A stretch of 64,000 nucleotides of DNA from Hypanus sabinus (lineage: Eukaryota). The stretch covers positions 1 to 64,000 of the forward strand of contig NW_026780455.1 of the NCBI RefSeq assembly GCF_030144855.1, in the 5' to 3' direction. The notes beneath the pieces are model-generated. The model did no database searches. It saw only the letters and a program-made list of their open reading frames with translations, and was not told where the DNA came from. Below, piece by piece: positions 52,226-64,000 of this stretch (position 1 is the stretch's first letter; the number at the start of each line of letters is the position of its first letter). The translations under genes and the position numbers were made by a program.

Positions 52226-53300
52226 TGTTATATACCCCCAGGGCTCATTCTTTCTGTGGACTGTCACTTCAAAAAGGCCGAGAGAATGAGACGGACTTTT
52301 AGATACTGCTGGATTTCTACTGTTTATAAAATTTGCTCAATTGCTATGATGAGAGAGGTGGCGTTATTTGATGGAGAATGAATATTTACAGTTTATTCTG
52401 CGGCTTGCTTTGAATATACACGGACGCAGAGACAACACAGTCAGAGTTAATGTGCTCAATTTAAGACACCAGTGATTCGGCCGCATTTAATGATATAGTG
52501 GCCGTAATGGGTGAGTTGAGATGGATCGAGTGTATTCGTAAATGACTCTCACAAGTTGCTGAAACTAGGCGAAGTTTGCAGAGAGGAGAGGTAGGCTCGA
52601 AACAGAGGAAACCTTGTGACAAAGAGATTACTGTTTGTACGCTGTCTTCAAGCAACCGGGGAGGATGAGTGTGTTTCGATTCGGATAAGAAAGTGTTGTT
52701 GTGACAGAGATAATCCGCAGGAGTGGCTTCTCTGGTCAGGGGAAAACCTTTGTGGTTAACACGTGCGTGTTTGCCCTTTGTCTGCGTATGACAATTCACA
52801 GGCACCCCTGTGGGAAAACATCGTTAGAGTTATTTCGCAGGTTGTGGAACTGGATCAGTGGCTATCATATTGTGTGTGATTGGTATCACCTTGTGGAATC
52901 TACCGGGGTGTCGACTCTTACCTGGGTAGCGGTTCCCTTGAAGATGGTCACACTTGTGGTAAGCTACTGTTAGTGAGATTTCGTGTGAGGATTCGGAGGA
53001 CAACGGGAAGATCAACGACACCTGTTCGTTTGGATTACAAATATCGCTCTCTCACATCAAATGCTGTGCATTTGAACTGAACAGAAATTACGTATATAAC
53101 ATCGTGAGACGGTAACTCTTGCCACCTGAGTTTGAATACATTTGGATTTTTTTTACACACCTATTTATGCATAATACTGCTAACCCTTGGTTTACCCGGT
53201 TTAAGTTATATATTACGTAGTTCCGAACAGACAATTGTTGGTTAACAGCGAAACTGACTCCAGGTGTGTTCTTTTTCTGCTCAATCTTTTACAGTGTAAA
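52226..53300 (+). mobile_element. Probable solo LTR
   Basis: ~1.1 kb starting TGTTATATACCCC. Absent from the paralogous region near 36390. Organisation resembles the LTR at 4357-5638; 3' end uncertain. Confidence 0.45.
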
Positions 53301-54645
53301 CTTTTCCAACATAAGAGGTACTTTCCCCAGTATTGCGTTTCTCTAACACAACCAAGCTGAACTTTCTTCTGATATCTCAGCATCAACAGTCTTTTGTTCC
53401 CTCCATTTTCTCTATATTACAAATAATATTTCCTAATCTCGTATTTGACTTTCGTTCAAGACCGACCTGTCGTATTAGTGTGACAAAGTTGTCAATTCTC
53501 CGGCCACATTTCCAACTGGACTGTCAGCATGATCCCTCAACTTCGACAACTCCATCACGTTTGTTTCGACTGCAAGAGTATTTATGAGTCAAGTCCATTT
53601 TCATCCAGGTCAAACGCCAGGACATTTCCAACAATTGTCGCATGCAAAATGGCTGCCCTGTACCACTGGCATCTGTACACAATTTAAATCCATGCTATCT
53701 AATGCATCTCGGTCTCCTCACAGTCCACCAGAAGGAGTCCTTCACAAAAGGCTTACTTCCAGTCCAATCCAAACGGTCCAGCCTTCACTGGCGCCATGCA
53801 TCACCGTCCGAGCGACCCTACTAATGGAACAATGTGCTATGCCCAATTAGCATATCAACACATAGGTGTTTCGTTTGTGGGAGGAATCAAGAGTATGCCG
53901 AGGACACCGAAGTGGTCGCGCTTTCCAGACAGCGGCGGAAACTGAGCAGAACGGCTTATAAACAATCGGAGAAGGAGAGAGGCCAAGCTACGAGGGAATC
54001 AATAAATAAATAGACATCATGTGTCCTTTCCTCAGAAATCACCTTCCCCACATCCACAATGTACTAATTCAATTCGACAGAGAGCACCACCACTGCACAA
54101 GGTGTCCAAGATTTTTGTTTTACGTTTCCCAGAAACTTTGTGATGGAGTTTGCGACTAGGAACGGACCATTCGATGAGTTGTTTTAGGAGTGCGAGTTAA
54201 TAAATTATTTCCTCGGTGGCAGACAGATTTCCAAAGAAATCCGCTGCAAGCGGAGACTTGCTGTCTGCTCACGGTGACAAGCCTTCCTGAATGGTTCAAA
54301 GGCAGGCGCTTTTGGAACTAAATGACCTCACGAGAAGAAAGAGATGGAGCTACATCGGGCGAATCTGAGCGGGCAATCCGACCGCGCGGAATACCGGCAG
54401 GGCAGAATGGTGTTGGCAAGGCTTTGCATGCAAATAGGGAAAGAAGCAGCCACTTGATGGAACTGAAGGAGACTTTTAAGGGAACCCGTGAAAAAAGAAA
54501 ACTGGAAGGAACAGAGTGGAGCCAGACTCGGACAGTCGCTGATACCATTAGTGCCTGGAGGGGAGGGGGGCAGGAGTTAATGAGGGAAGTCTACAGCCCC
54601 CATGTAGCTGCACAAGCCATTGACTAAATAGAATATATTAGGACG

Positions 54646-55571
54646 TCACTGAGGATTAATGCTCGTGTGAAAACACCGAGCGAGCTTTGTCATTAGACGG
54701 AACGGGGATTTCACCGATTCTTTGAACTGCAGCCTAAACCTGGTCTGGGCCACGGCGTAAAGGGCCGTGTTGGTGCAGCAGCTCAGCTGTTGAAACATGT
54801 AGCCCAGTTCCACCAGAGAGGTCGGGGGATATGTTTCAAAATAAATATACAGGGTATACCATATGGAATACAGCGTCAGTAGCGCCCACAGCAGGATGAA
54901 ATTCCCCGACATCTACAGCAGTATCAGAAGGGATTGCCTGCGGTTGTTCATCTCCGGGTCGGCGGGCGACTGAACGTCACGAGAACCACGGAGTCTCCTC
55001 CGGGCTCGGCTGGCCAGTAAGACGTGTCTGATGGTTAAACTGTTGAGCACGAGAATCAGGACAAAGGGTATTATTGGGGTGGGGAGGACACGAATCGCTT
55101 GCAATGCTAACGACGGAAAATCGGAAAAGAAGCGGCGACTTTCCAGGCAGAGCAAGGGCATATTTGAAATCGAATAAAAACCATCGAGCGTAAAGTACAA
55201 GAAAATGTTCTTTAGGCAGCTCAGCAGAGTGACTGTCCCCAAAACCTGTGCCGCCGCTCTCCCGGTGCAGTAATTTAGTTTCAGCTGCGGAAAACAAATG
55301 GCCACACATCGATCAAAGGTGAAAGCGACGGTGAACCAGACAGAACAGTCTGTGGCAGCGTAGAGTATGACGGCGTGAATATTACACACTGGAACACGAT
55401 AACTCCAGTGTAGAACCTCAAATGGCATGTAGATCATCGGAATCTTGCTCAATACCAGATCGAAGAAAACGACCAGCTGATCCGCTGCTACCATGGCAAC
55501 CAGGTACCTTGTGACGCCTTTGGAGATACCGCACTTTCCACGCGACAGAATGACGATTGTCACCACGTTCA
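54646..55571 (-). pseudogene. GPR139-like GPCR copy 5, exon 2 (single in-frame TAG in TM6)
   Basis: Acceptor cacAG|TG at 55572/55571. Frame is open except for TAG at 54913-54915 (..LLILL*MSGNF..). DRC at the DRF position; stop at 54646. Confidence 0.9.
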
Positions 55572-57237
55572 CTGTGCGGAGGGAAGTCAAGATATTTAAA
55601 ACACATTCGGAATGAAATTTTCTCTGAAATCAACAATTTTAATCGACAGCATTTTCAAGAGCAGAGTTGGACTTGGAATCGATATAACTACTAAGGAGAA
55701 AATCGGAATCATTATTAAATGGGTAGTGACTATAATGTACCTGAGAAGTTCATGAGAATGACGGGAATCTTATTGAAACCTATTCAATATTGTAAGGACG
55801 ACATATCGTGGACGTGGAGAGCTGCAGCAGTGTTGGATTTACAATAGAAACCCATCACCTCAGAACAGATGTGGTTAGAAATTTGTTTCGACCGTGGCTG
55901 GTGAATACGCGGAATTCCTCGCCACAGACGGCTATGGGAGTCAGTTCGTTGGAATCATTTGTAGCAGAGAGTGATAGGCACTCGATTCGTCGAAGCCTCA
56001 ATGGATATAGAGAGTGGGCGCCAGAATGTGGTTGAGATGGATAATAAATCAGCTATGATGGAATGGCGGAGAAGCCTCCGTGCTCGAATCACGGAATTCA
56101 ACTCCCGAATCATATGGGACAAGCATTGATATCAGTGGATAGCTGGAATGTGTTCTGACCTTCGCCGGCAGGAGAAGGGGCTGAAAATGGAATGCGATAA
56201 TGAACTGATTACTGATTAAGTCCTGTATCACGGTGCCAGAAATTCAACTTCCTTCAACAGTAAACAGGAGAAAAAACTTAGAGCAGAAGAGGTAATGAAA
56301 TAGTAGCCAAAATAGTTCATCTGTTCGGACTGGCATGCACCGCCATTGAAGATAATCATTGCTGAGCTGACCATGGACATTTATTCAACTGCCTGCATTT
56401 TCCCCCAAAGCCCGTAATAGCCCTACTACGGATAAAATCAATCCAAACTTTTGTAAAATATATTTACTGAGGTAATGTCCACTTCTTCATTGGGCAGAGA
56501 ATTCCACAGATTCACCAGCCTCTGTGAAAAGCAGTTCCTCCAAATCTCCGTCCTAAATTCACTCCCACAAGCTTCAGCCTATGCCCCCTAGTTCTAGGCT
56601 CACCGACAAGTGGAAACAACTTTCCTGGCCCTGTTGTATCTATCTTTTCGTATTTTTTACATGTTGCTGAAATATCATTTCTGGTTCTTCTGAATTCCAG
56701 TGCGTGCAGTCGCAGGCGACAACATCTCTCCTGATAGTCTCGCCTCCTCTTGTCTGGAATCAAAATGGGGAAACGACTTCAAGGCCAGTAAAATCCTCCC
56801 CAAGTCACCGTACCAGACTTGCACGCAGTACTACAGCTGCCGCCTCACAAGTACCACGCGCATTTGCAGCATAATCAACTAACACTTAAATTCACGTCTG
56901 TAGCAATGAAGACCAATATCCCATCTGCCTCCTCGTTAGACTGCGACTGTTGCAAACAAACCTCTTTTGGTTGAAGAACAAACACTCTAAAGTGACTCCA
57001 CGTGGCAGTATACTGCAATCGTTTACCACTTAATAAAATTGTGTTCTTCAATTGGTCCTCTTCCATGGTAGATAACCTCGCTTTCATCAACATTTTCCTC
57101 CGTTCGACTAGACGCTAATACTTTCGCTTAAATAATTCCACTCCAATATTTGTGTAGGCGGTAGATCGTGGCAATAATGGTGGCCACGTGACCTCCTTCT
57201 TTTTCACAGCTGGGGCTTTGAGGTATTTATTTATATA

Positions 57238-57264
57238 TTCATTCATTCAAGCACTTATCCATTC

Positions 57265-57307
<43 letters not shown>

Positions 57308-57327
57308 TATTCATTCATTCATTCATT
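57238..57327. repeat. (TTCA)n/(TCAA)n compound microsatellite
   Basis: tcaatcaatcaa... flanked by ttcattca runs. Confidence 0.9.
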
Positions 57328-57784
57328 CTGGCGATGAAGTCCCCTCCAGCAGGGTTCGGGATAGCTGAATTATCCTACCATTTCCCAAATGGACTGTGGA
57401 ACATAAATCACTGGAAGCATGTCTATGCTTCACAGTGGTTGCAGATATAATTTGTCAGACTACTGCCTAGATTGGAGGCCATTTACTCTGAGGAGAGTTT
57501 GTGAGAGCTAGATCCTGCTTCTCAGGGAGTGAAGGTGCATGTGAGGTCACTTGCTGGCAGTGTTTGAGAGGTGAAGAGGCAAAGGTAACGTTTGCCTGAC
57601 GGAGAAGTAACCCGGACGCCGACAACCCCAAAGCTGGAGAGAGAAATCCTGTAATGCAATTAGCCGATGTTTGCTAAAGCGGTACCGGTTTGAGAGACGG
57701 GCCATGCAATGAGACGACAGGCATTAAAGAGAAGCTGAAATTCACTCTTCAACGTTAATCAGGAGGAAGGAGCCAAGCACTTAC

Positions 57785-57965
57785 CAGGAACAGCTACAAT
57801 GGCGAGGACAGGGTAGTAAATTACTTGGATGGTCAAAATCACATAAGTGACACGAAAATCCAACGGCAGCGTTTCATAATATAAAGAAAGAGATTCATAG
57901 GGCCAGAAAATATTCTTCTGAATTCCCGCAGCATTCCGTGATATATTTTGCAGATTACGATCCAT
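57785..57965 (-). pseudogene. GPR139-like GPCR copy 5, exon 1
   Basis: MDRNLQNIS...YYPVLAIVAVP+G, donor GTAAGT at 57784. Confidence 0.85.
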
Positions 57966-58059
57966 TGTTGGGATAGTCCAGAGTCCTGGTCCCGATTCAG
58001 CCTCTGTCCTCTCTCTATCTGGAGCCCGCTGGTCTCTGATAGCGGAGACTGGCAGCTTC

Positions 58060-58275
58060 ACTGAAACTGCCGTTGTGAGCGAGACACATTAATAGAACAG
58101 GTAACCAGCAGCCACACCTCCGCGGTGACGTTGACAATCCCCACGGACACACCTTTAATTAGGTTCTACGGATGACAGGTACAGATAACCCTTTATTTCC
58201 AGACTGTCAGAGAAGAGATACAAAAGCAAATTTGAAATGTAACTAATAATCCGAGCAGCCGGCTGTCCACGGATG
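58060..58275 (-). promoter_or_regulatory. Putative core promoter of copy 5
   Basis: ACGTCA; TATTAAT (T at 58094); TCAGT (A at 58062), 32-nt spacing. Confidence 0.45.
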
Positions 58276-58819
58276 CGTGCTGTGTCTGTAAACGGACACA
58301 AAACTGAGAAATGTAATGACACACAGCTAGAAACTGATATGGAACCAGTGTGGAAATGAAGATATACAGAGGAAATAAAAAAAAATAAGGATAAATGATG
58401 TGATAAACAGATTAAAATAATTATTGCAAAGATAGCTCTTAAAATAATATTTGCAGGGTTAGTTTGAAAAAGATATCGAGTTAGATATTCCAAAATAATC
58501 CAGTTCTGGCTGGTTGACGGATAACAGTGAAGTTCCACAGGGCTCAGAGTTTTGACAGAAACCTGTTTAAGATGTATGTCAATAGTCCGGGCAGCGGTAT
58601 TAAAGTAGTTGTGGCTAAAGTAGCACAATAATAGAAAGATAGGTGGAGAAGCGTGTTGAGGAAACACAGAGACTGAGATTGTTTCGGAGAATGGGTAAAG
58701 AAGTTGAAAGTGAAATAGAATGTTGTAAAGTGCATGGTGATGCACTTTGGTGGAAGCCATAAACGAGCAGGCTATTATTTCTGTGACGTGATGCTGTAGC
58801 TCGAAAAGGCACTCATGGG

Positions 58820-61800
58820 ACCATTTTTGTTGTCTTGTAGTATTGTGTGCAGCTTTGGGCTCCATATTTTAGAAAGGATATACTGACAGTGGTAAGGTTT
58901 CAGAGACGATTCACGAGAATGTTTCAAGGAGTGAAAGGGTTGCCGTATGAGGACTGGCTGGCTGATCTTGGGCTGTATTCCCTGGAGTTGAGGAAATTAA
59001 GGGCGGGATCTTACAGAAAAATTCCAAATGTTAAAATGCCTGAACAGATTAGATGTGAGATGGGGATTATATGGCTGAGGGCAGGATTGAAGGACATCCA
59101 TTTAGAACACAGATGCGTGGAAACTACTTTAGACAGATGGCCGTAAATCTGTGGGATTTGTTATAACGAGCTGCTGTGGAGGCCAATACATTGGGTGCAT
59201 TTAAGGCAGAAATGGATACGTTCTTGATTAGCCAGGGCATCAATATTCATATATTTCATTGCTTTAAAAGGGATAAAGAGGGGGAAAAAGTGGAGGAGGT
59301 GTGGCATTACTGTTCAGGGACTATTACAGTTGCAGAACGGGTGCTTGATGCAGCAGGATACTCTTATGAGTCTGTAAATGTGGAGGTCAGGAAGAGGAAT
59401 GGGACAGTTACTCAACTGTCGTATTCTATACGCAGCGGCAGAGATACCAAGGAGTAGAGTGGGAGGCAGATTTTGGAAAGGTGCAAAAATAACAGGGTTG
59501 TGATCATGGCTGACTTTAACTTCCCTAATATTGATTGGCACTTGATTAGTTCCAAGGGTTTAGATGGGGCAGTGTTTAGTAAGTGTGTCCAGGATGGATT
59601 CACGCAACAGTATATTGATAGGCCGACCAGGGTGAATGCCATACTAGATCTAATATTAAGTAAGGAACGGGGTCAGGTCACAGATCTGTCAGTAGGTGAA
59701 CATCTGGGGGACAGTGATCACCGCTCCCTCACCTTTAGCATTTTCATGGAAAAGGATAGAATTAGAGTACAGGAAAAAAATTAATTGGGGAAGGGTAAAT
59801 TATGAGGCTATAATGCTAGAACTTGCGGGTGTGAATTGGGATGATGGTTTTGAAGGGAAATGTACTATGGACATGTGGTCGATGTTTAACGATCTCCCGC
59901 AGGAATTTAGGGATAAGTTTGTCCCGGTGAGGAAGATAAAGAATGGTAGAGTGAAGGAGCCATGGGTGTCAAGTGAAGTGGAAAATCCAGTCTGGTAGAA
60001 GAACGCAGCATACATGAGGTTTAGGAAGTAAGGATCATCTGGGCCTATTGAGGAATATTGGGTAGCAAGAAATGAGCTTAGGAAGGGGCTGAGAAGATCA
60101 AGAAGAGGGCAGGAGAAGGCCCTGGCGAGTAGGGTAAAGGAAACACCCAAGGCGTTCTTCAATTATGTGAAGAACAAAAGGATGACAGGAGTGAAGGTAG
60201 GACCGATTAGAGATAAAAGTGGAAGATGTGCCTGGAGGCTGTGGAAGTGAACGAGGTCCTCAATAAATACTTCTCTTCTGTATTCACCACTGAGAGGGAA
60301 CTTGATGATGGTGAGGACAATATGAGTCAGGTTGATGTTTTGGAGCATGTTAATATTAAGGGAGAGGAAGTGTTGGAGTTGTTAAAATACATTAGGACGG
60401 ATAAGTCCACGTGGCCTGATGGAATATTCCCCAGGCTGCTCCATGGGGCAAGGGAAGAGATTGTAGAACCTCTGCCTAGGATCTTTATGTCCTTATTGTC
60501 AACGGGAATGGTATCGGAGGAGTGGAGGGATGCCAATGTTATCCCCGTGCTCAGAAATTAGTAGGTCTAGTCCAGGTAATTATAGACCAGCGAACCTTCC
60601 ATCTCGGGTGGGAATGCTGTTGGAAAAGATTCATAGAGATACGATTTAAGGACATTCATAAAATCGTGCTATGATCAGGGTCAGTCAGCATGGATTTGTG
60701 AAGGGCAGATCCTGCATAACAAGCCTGATAGAGTTCTTTGTGGAAGTGACCAGGCATATGGATGAGAGTAGTGCAGTGGATGTGATCTACATGAATTTTC
60801 GTAACGCATTTGACAATTTTCCACACGGTTGGCTTATTCAGAAAGTCAGAAGGCATGGGAGCCTGGGAAGATTGGCCAGGTGGATTCAGAATTGGCTTGC
60901 TCTACTTTTTGGGAATGTTATTAATGACCTAGATGTGGGGGTTGAAGGGTGGGGTGGCAAGTTTGCAGATGACACAAAGGATGGTGGTATTGTAGATAGT
61001 CTAGAGGATTGTCAAGGATTGCAGAGAGACATTGATAGGATGCAGAAGTGGGCTGAGAAGTGGCAGATGGAGTTCAACCCGGAGAAGTGTGAGATGGTAC
61101 ACTTTGGAAGGACAAAAAGCAAGGCAGAGTACAAAGTAAATGGCAAGATACTTGGTTGTGTGGAGGAGCAGAGGGATCTGGAGATCTATGTTCAAAGATC
61201 CCTGAACGTTGCCTCACAGGTAAATAGGGTAGTTAAGAAAGCATAGCTTTCATAAGTCTAGGGATAGAGTTTAAGATAGGTGATGTAATGATGCAGCTCT
61301 ATAAAACTCTAGTTAGGACACACTTGGAGTACTGTGTCCAATTCTGATCGCCTCACTCTTGGAAGGATGTCGAAGCATTGGAAAGGGTACACAGGAGATT
61401 TACCGGGATGCTGCCTGGTTCAGAGAGACATGATTATGATCAAAGATTAAGGGAGCTGGGGATTACACTTTGGAGGGAAAGAGGATGAAAGGAGTCATGA
61501 TAGAGGTGGACAAGATATTAAGAGGAATAGACAGAGTGGATAGCCAGCGTCTCTTCCCCAGGTCACCACTACTCAGTGCAAGAGGACATTGCTTTCAGGT
61601 TAGTGGAGGTCAGTTCAAGGGGGATATTAGAGGAAGGTTATTCACTCAGAGAGTGGTTGGTGCGTGGAATGCACAGCCTGAGTCAATAGTGGAGGCAGAT
61701 ACAGTATGAAGTTTAAGAGACAGTTAGATAGGTATATGGAGGAATTTAAGGTGGGGGGTTATATGGGAGGCAGGGTTTCTGGGTCGGCAAAGCATTGTGG

Positions 61801-61845
61801 GCTGGAGGGCCTGAAATGTGCTGTACTATACAATGTTCTATATTC
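58820..61845 (+). mobile_element. CR1 LINE ORF2 (endonuclease + RT), preceded by a separate CR1 3' fragment
   Basis: VVIMADFNFPNIDW, PTRVNAILDL, SDH, QHGFVKGRSC, KFADDTK, KWQMEFNPEKC. Confidence 0.9.
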
Positions 61846-62949
61846 AAAACGTATGGGATGAAGGCAATGAGTGGGAATGACTTGAAGAATTGGATCCGCT
61901 CGTGATAAAATGGTGCAGCAGACTCAACGGGCCGAATGGCCTACCGCTGTTACTATAACTTATAGTCTTATGGTCTTATAAGCACGTCATGAAATAGATT
62001 GAAATCAGTCTGAATGTCCTTACGTTCAAAGCTGAGGTTGAAAAGTTGTTATTGATTACAAATTTACAGAACTATTTCCAAAATTACGGGCGGAAGGTAA
62101 CAGAATGTCAAGAAAAACTTCCAATGATCACAATTTCAATACCGAAAAAGTTTGGTTAAGGAAAGAGTTTAGATGAGAGTAATCTTTTTACTCTTATCGG
62201 TTGAACGACTGTGGGTGCGGTCTTTCATCATTCCTGGAATTTATTAATTATCTTAGCAAGAAAATGAATTTCTTGGTATATAGAAGCGTTACATAGATAC
62301 CCGCCCCCGGTTTATTTAAAAGAACTATCGGATTTGTCCAAAAGTGGTGAGACTGAGATTGTTCGATCGCTAAGCAAATCCCGGTTGGTTTCTCTTCTGT
62401 AGTATTTGCAACCCCGTTACAAACTTGTGCCATGACATAACAAGCGGCATACAAATACAGAGATTAAATTTATAGATCTAAACTCAACTCTAGCAACGAG
62501 GAAGGAAAAGTAAGAAACCATCCTAATTATCTGTGAAATGGGCACCAGCTGAATCTCCTCTTGAGCTTACTTGAAACTCCTGGGCTCTCTGTCAACGCAA
62601 AATAACAAAGCAATACGTCTGGAATAAACAGGTCGCTCACCGGATTGTATCCTGCGATACGTTCTCCCAGCGTATGTTTTTTTTTCATCTCGCGGCGAAC
62701 CAAAATCAAAACCAAGACAGACCGTATTGTCCCTCATGAAGAATGTCTGCCCAGAATTCAACCATCCCAACTTGATCGCAGGCAGTTCTTATATTCAGCA
62801 GTAATCCAAACATTTTGCCAGCAGTACAGGCTGCTTTTTCTGAACTTCAGAATTAAATACATAGAACATAACAGTGTAAGTATAAAGCGGGACATTACAG
62901 CACTTTGATAAACTTTGTGCTTTGAACTTGGAACTTAAATGAGAATCAC

Positions 62950-63043
62950 ACACAAAACGCTGTGGAGCACAGCAAGTCAGGCAGCATCTCCGGAACTGAA
63001 TAAGCGCTCGAGGTTTCGGGGTGAGACCATTCATTAGGGCTTG
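62950..63043 (-). repeat. Penelope-type terminal repeat, degenerate hammerhead
   Basis: Reverse complement caagccctaatgaatggtctcaccccgaaacctcgagcgc. Confidence 0.45.
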
Positions 63044-63719
63044 ACAGTAGCAATGTACGTTCTTATTCTACAGAGCCACAAGACTCAAATATTTCTCGTT
63101 TATTCTCCCTTTCAATCCTGGAATTATTCGTGTGAAATTCCCATGGGCCCTCTCCAATGCCAGCACATTTTTTTTTGTGAGATGAGGATCTGGAATTTAT
63201 TCTAATATGGCATTTCACTTGCCATTTTCTTGCCAATTCTCCTCATCTTTCGAAGATCCTCTGCAAACGGCCCGTTTCCTCAACAGTACCTGCCCCTTCA
63301 GCAATATTCGTGCCATCTGCAACCGTCTGCTCCATCATCTGTATCATTGACATGCAACAGCGAAAAAATTGGTCTCTACACGGACACCGGCGGAAGATCC
63401 GTTTATACTCACTCAATTTTTCTTACTGTTCAGCCAATCCTCATTGTTCTTCTTGTAATACCATGGATCTAATTTGGTAAGCTGCCTGATGTGTGGCAAC
63501 GAGTCAAAGTTCTTTCAAAAGTCCAAATACACAACATAAACTACAACCCCTTTATGTATCCGACATGTATTCTCCTCAAGGAAATTCAGCGGGCAAGATC
63601 TCTTAATCAGGCGAGGTTTTAACACATTTGTGAGATGGGTGTGTCCCTTGGGCCTGATGATTTCTATGCAGGATATTAAGAGAGATAGCAGAGGGGTGTA
63701 ATGACTTTGTCATCTCTTG

Positions 63720-64000
63720 TCCTGCCTTACGCAGCTTAACAATTGAATCCTACCACCAAGATCAGGCTGTCAGGTATATAAACTCCTTTTTATTCTATCT
63801 TCCCCCTTTCCTAAAAAAGTGAGGTGGCATTTGCAATTTTTCTGACATCGGGCGCCATGCAGGAGTCCAACGATTTTGAGTGATCATTGCTAATGCCTCC
63901 ACTATCTCCAATGCACACTCTTTAAGAGCCCTGATGTGGAGTTCATGTGGTCCGGCTGACTTATGGACCCTTTGGTCTTTCAGCTTTTTGAGCACCTTCT
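63720..64000 (-). mobile_element. CR1 fragment paralogous to 9870-10130
   Basis: LKKLKDQRV..HIRALKE shares the diagnostic KDQRV variant with the 9768-9971 ORF. Confidence 0.7.

Noticed and set aside
53850-53945. tRNA-derived SINE remnants (also ~16190-16290, ~35140-35330)
   Set aside because: Too degraded to delimit or classify; no intact tRNA gene seen.
58155-58865. 236-aa ORF upstream of copy 5
   Set aside because: Antisense read-through of CR1 debris and AT-rich promoter flank; no recognisable domain.

Overview
This is vertebrate, repeat-rich genomic DNA. The CR1, Penelope and Rex1 repeat signatures and the receptor family suggest a cartilaginous fish, probably a ray (inference). There are two assembly gaps. 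The only host genes I can support are five paralogues of a two-exon, GPR139/GPR142-like class A GPCR, arranged + + + - -. Each has a ~172-181 nt exon 1 ending ...YYP(V/L)LAIVA(V/L)P, a phase-1 intron, and a ~920 nt exon 2 beginning VNVVT..ILSRGKCGLSKGV. Only copy 3 (23069-23249 + 27662-28584, 367 aa) is intact. The other four carry different lesions: a frameshift deletion (copy 1); a Penelope insertion with a 14-bp TSD plus a stop, and no exon 1 (copy 2); a splice-acceptor deletion plus a stop (copy 4); and a single TAG (copy 5). Extracellular segments are hypervariable while intracellular segments are near-invariant, as in birth-and-death chemoreceptor families. Copies 3 and 4 lie in a 7.5-9 kb inverted segmental duplication. 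The rest is CR1 LINEs (two near full length), Rex1/Babar fragments, solo LTRs, Penelope fragments with minimal hammerhead motifs, and mini/microsatellites. Repeat boundaries were judged by eye and are approximate.
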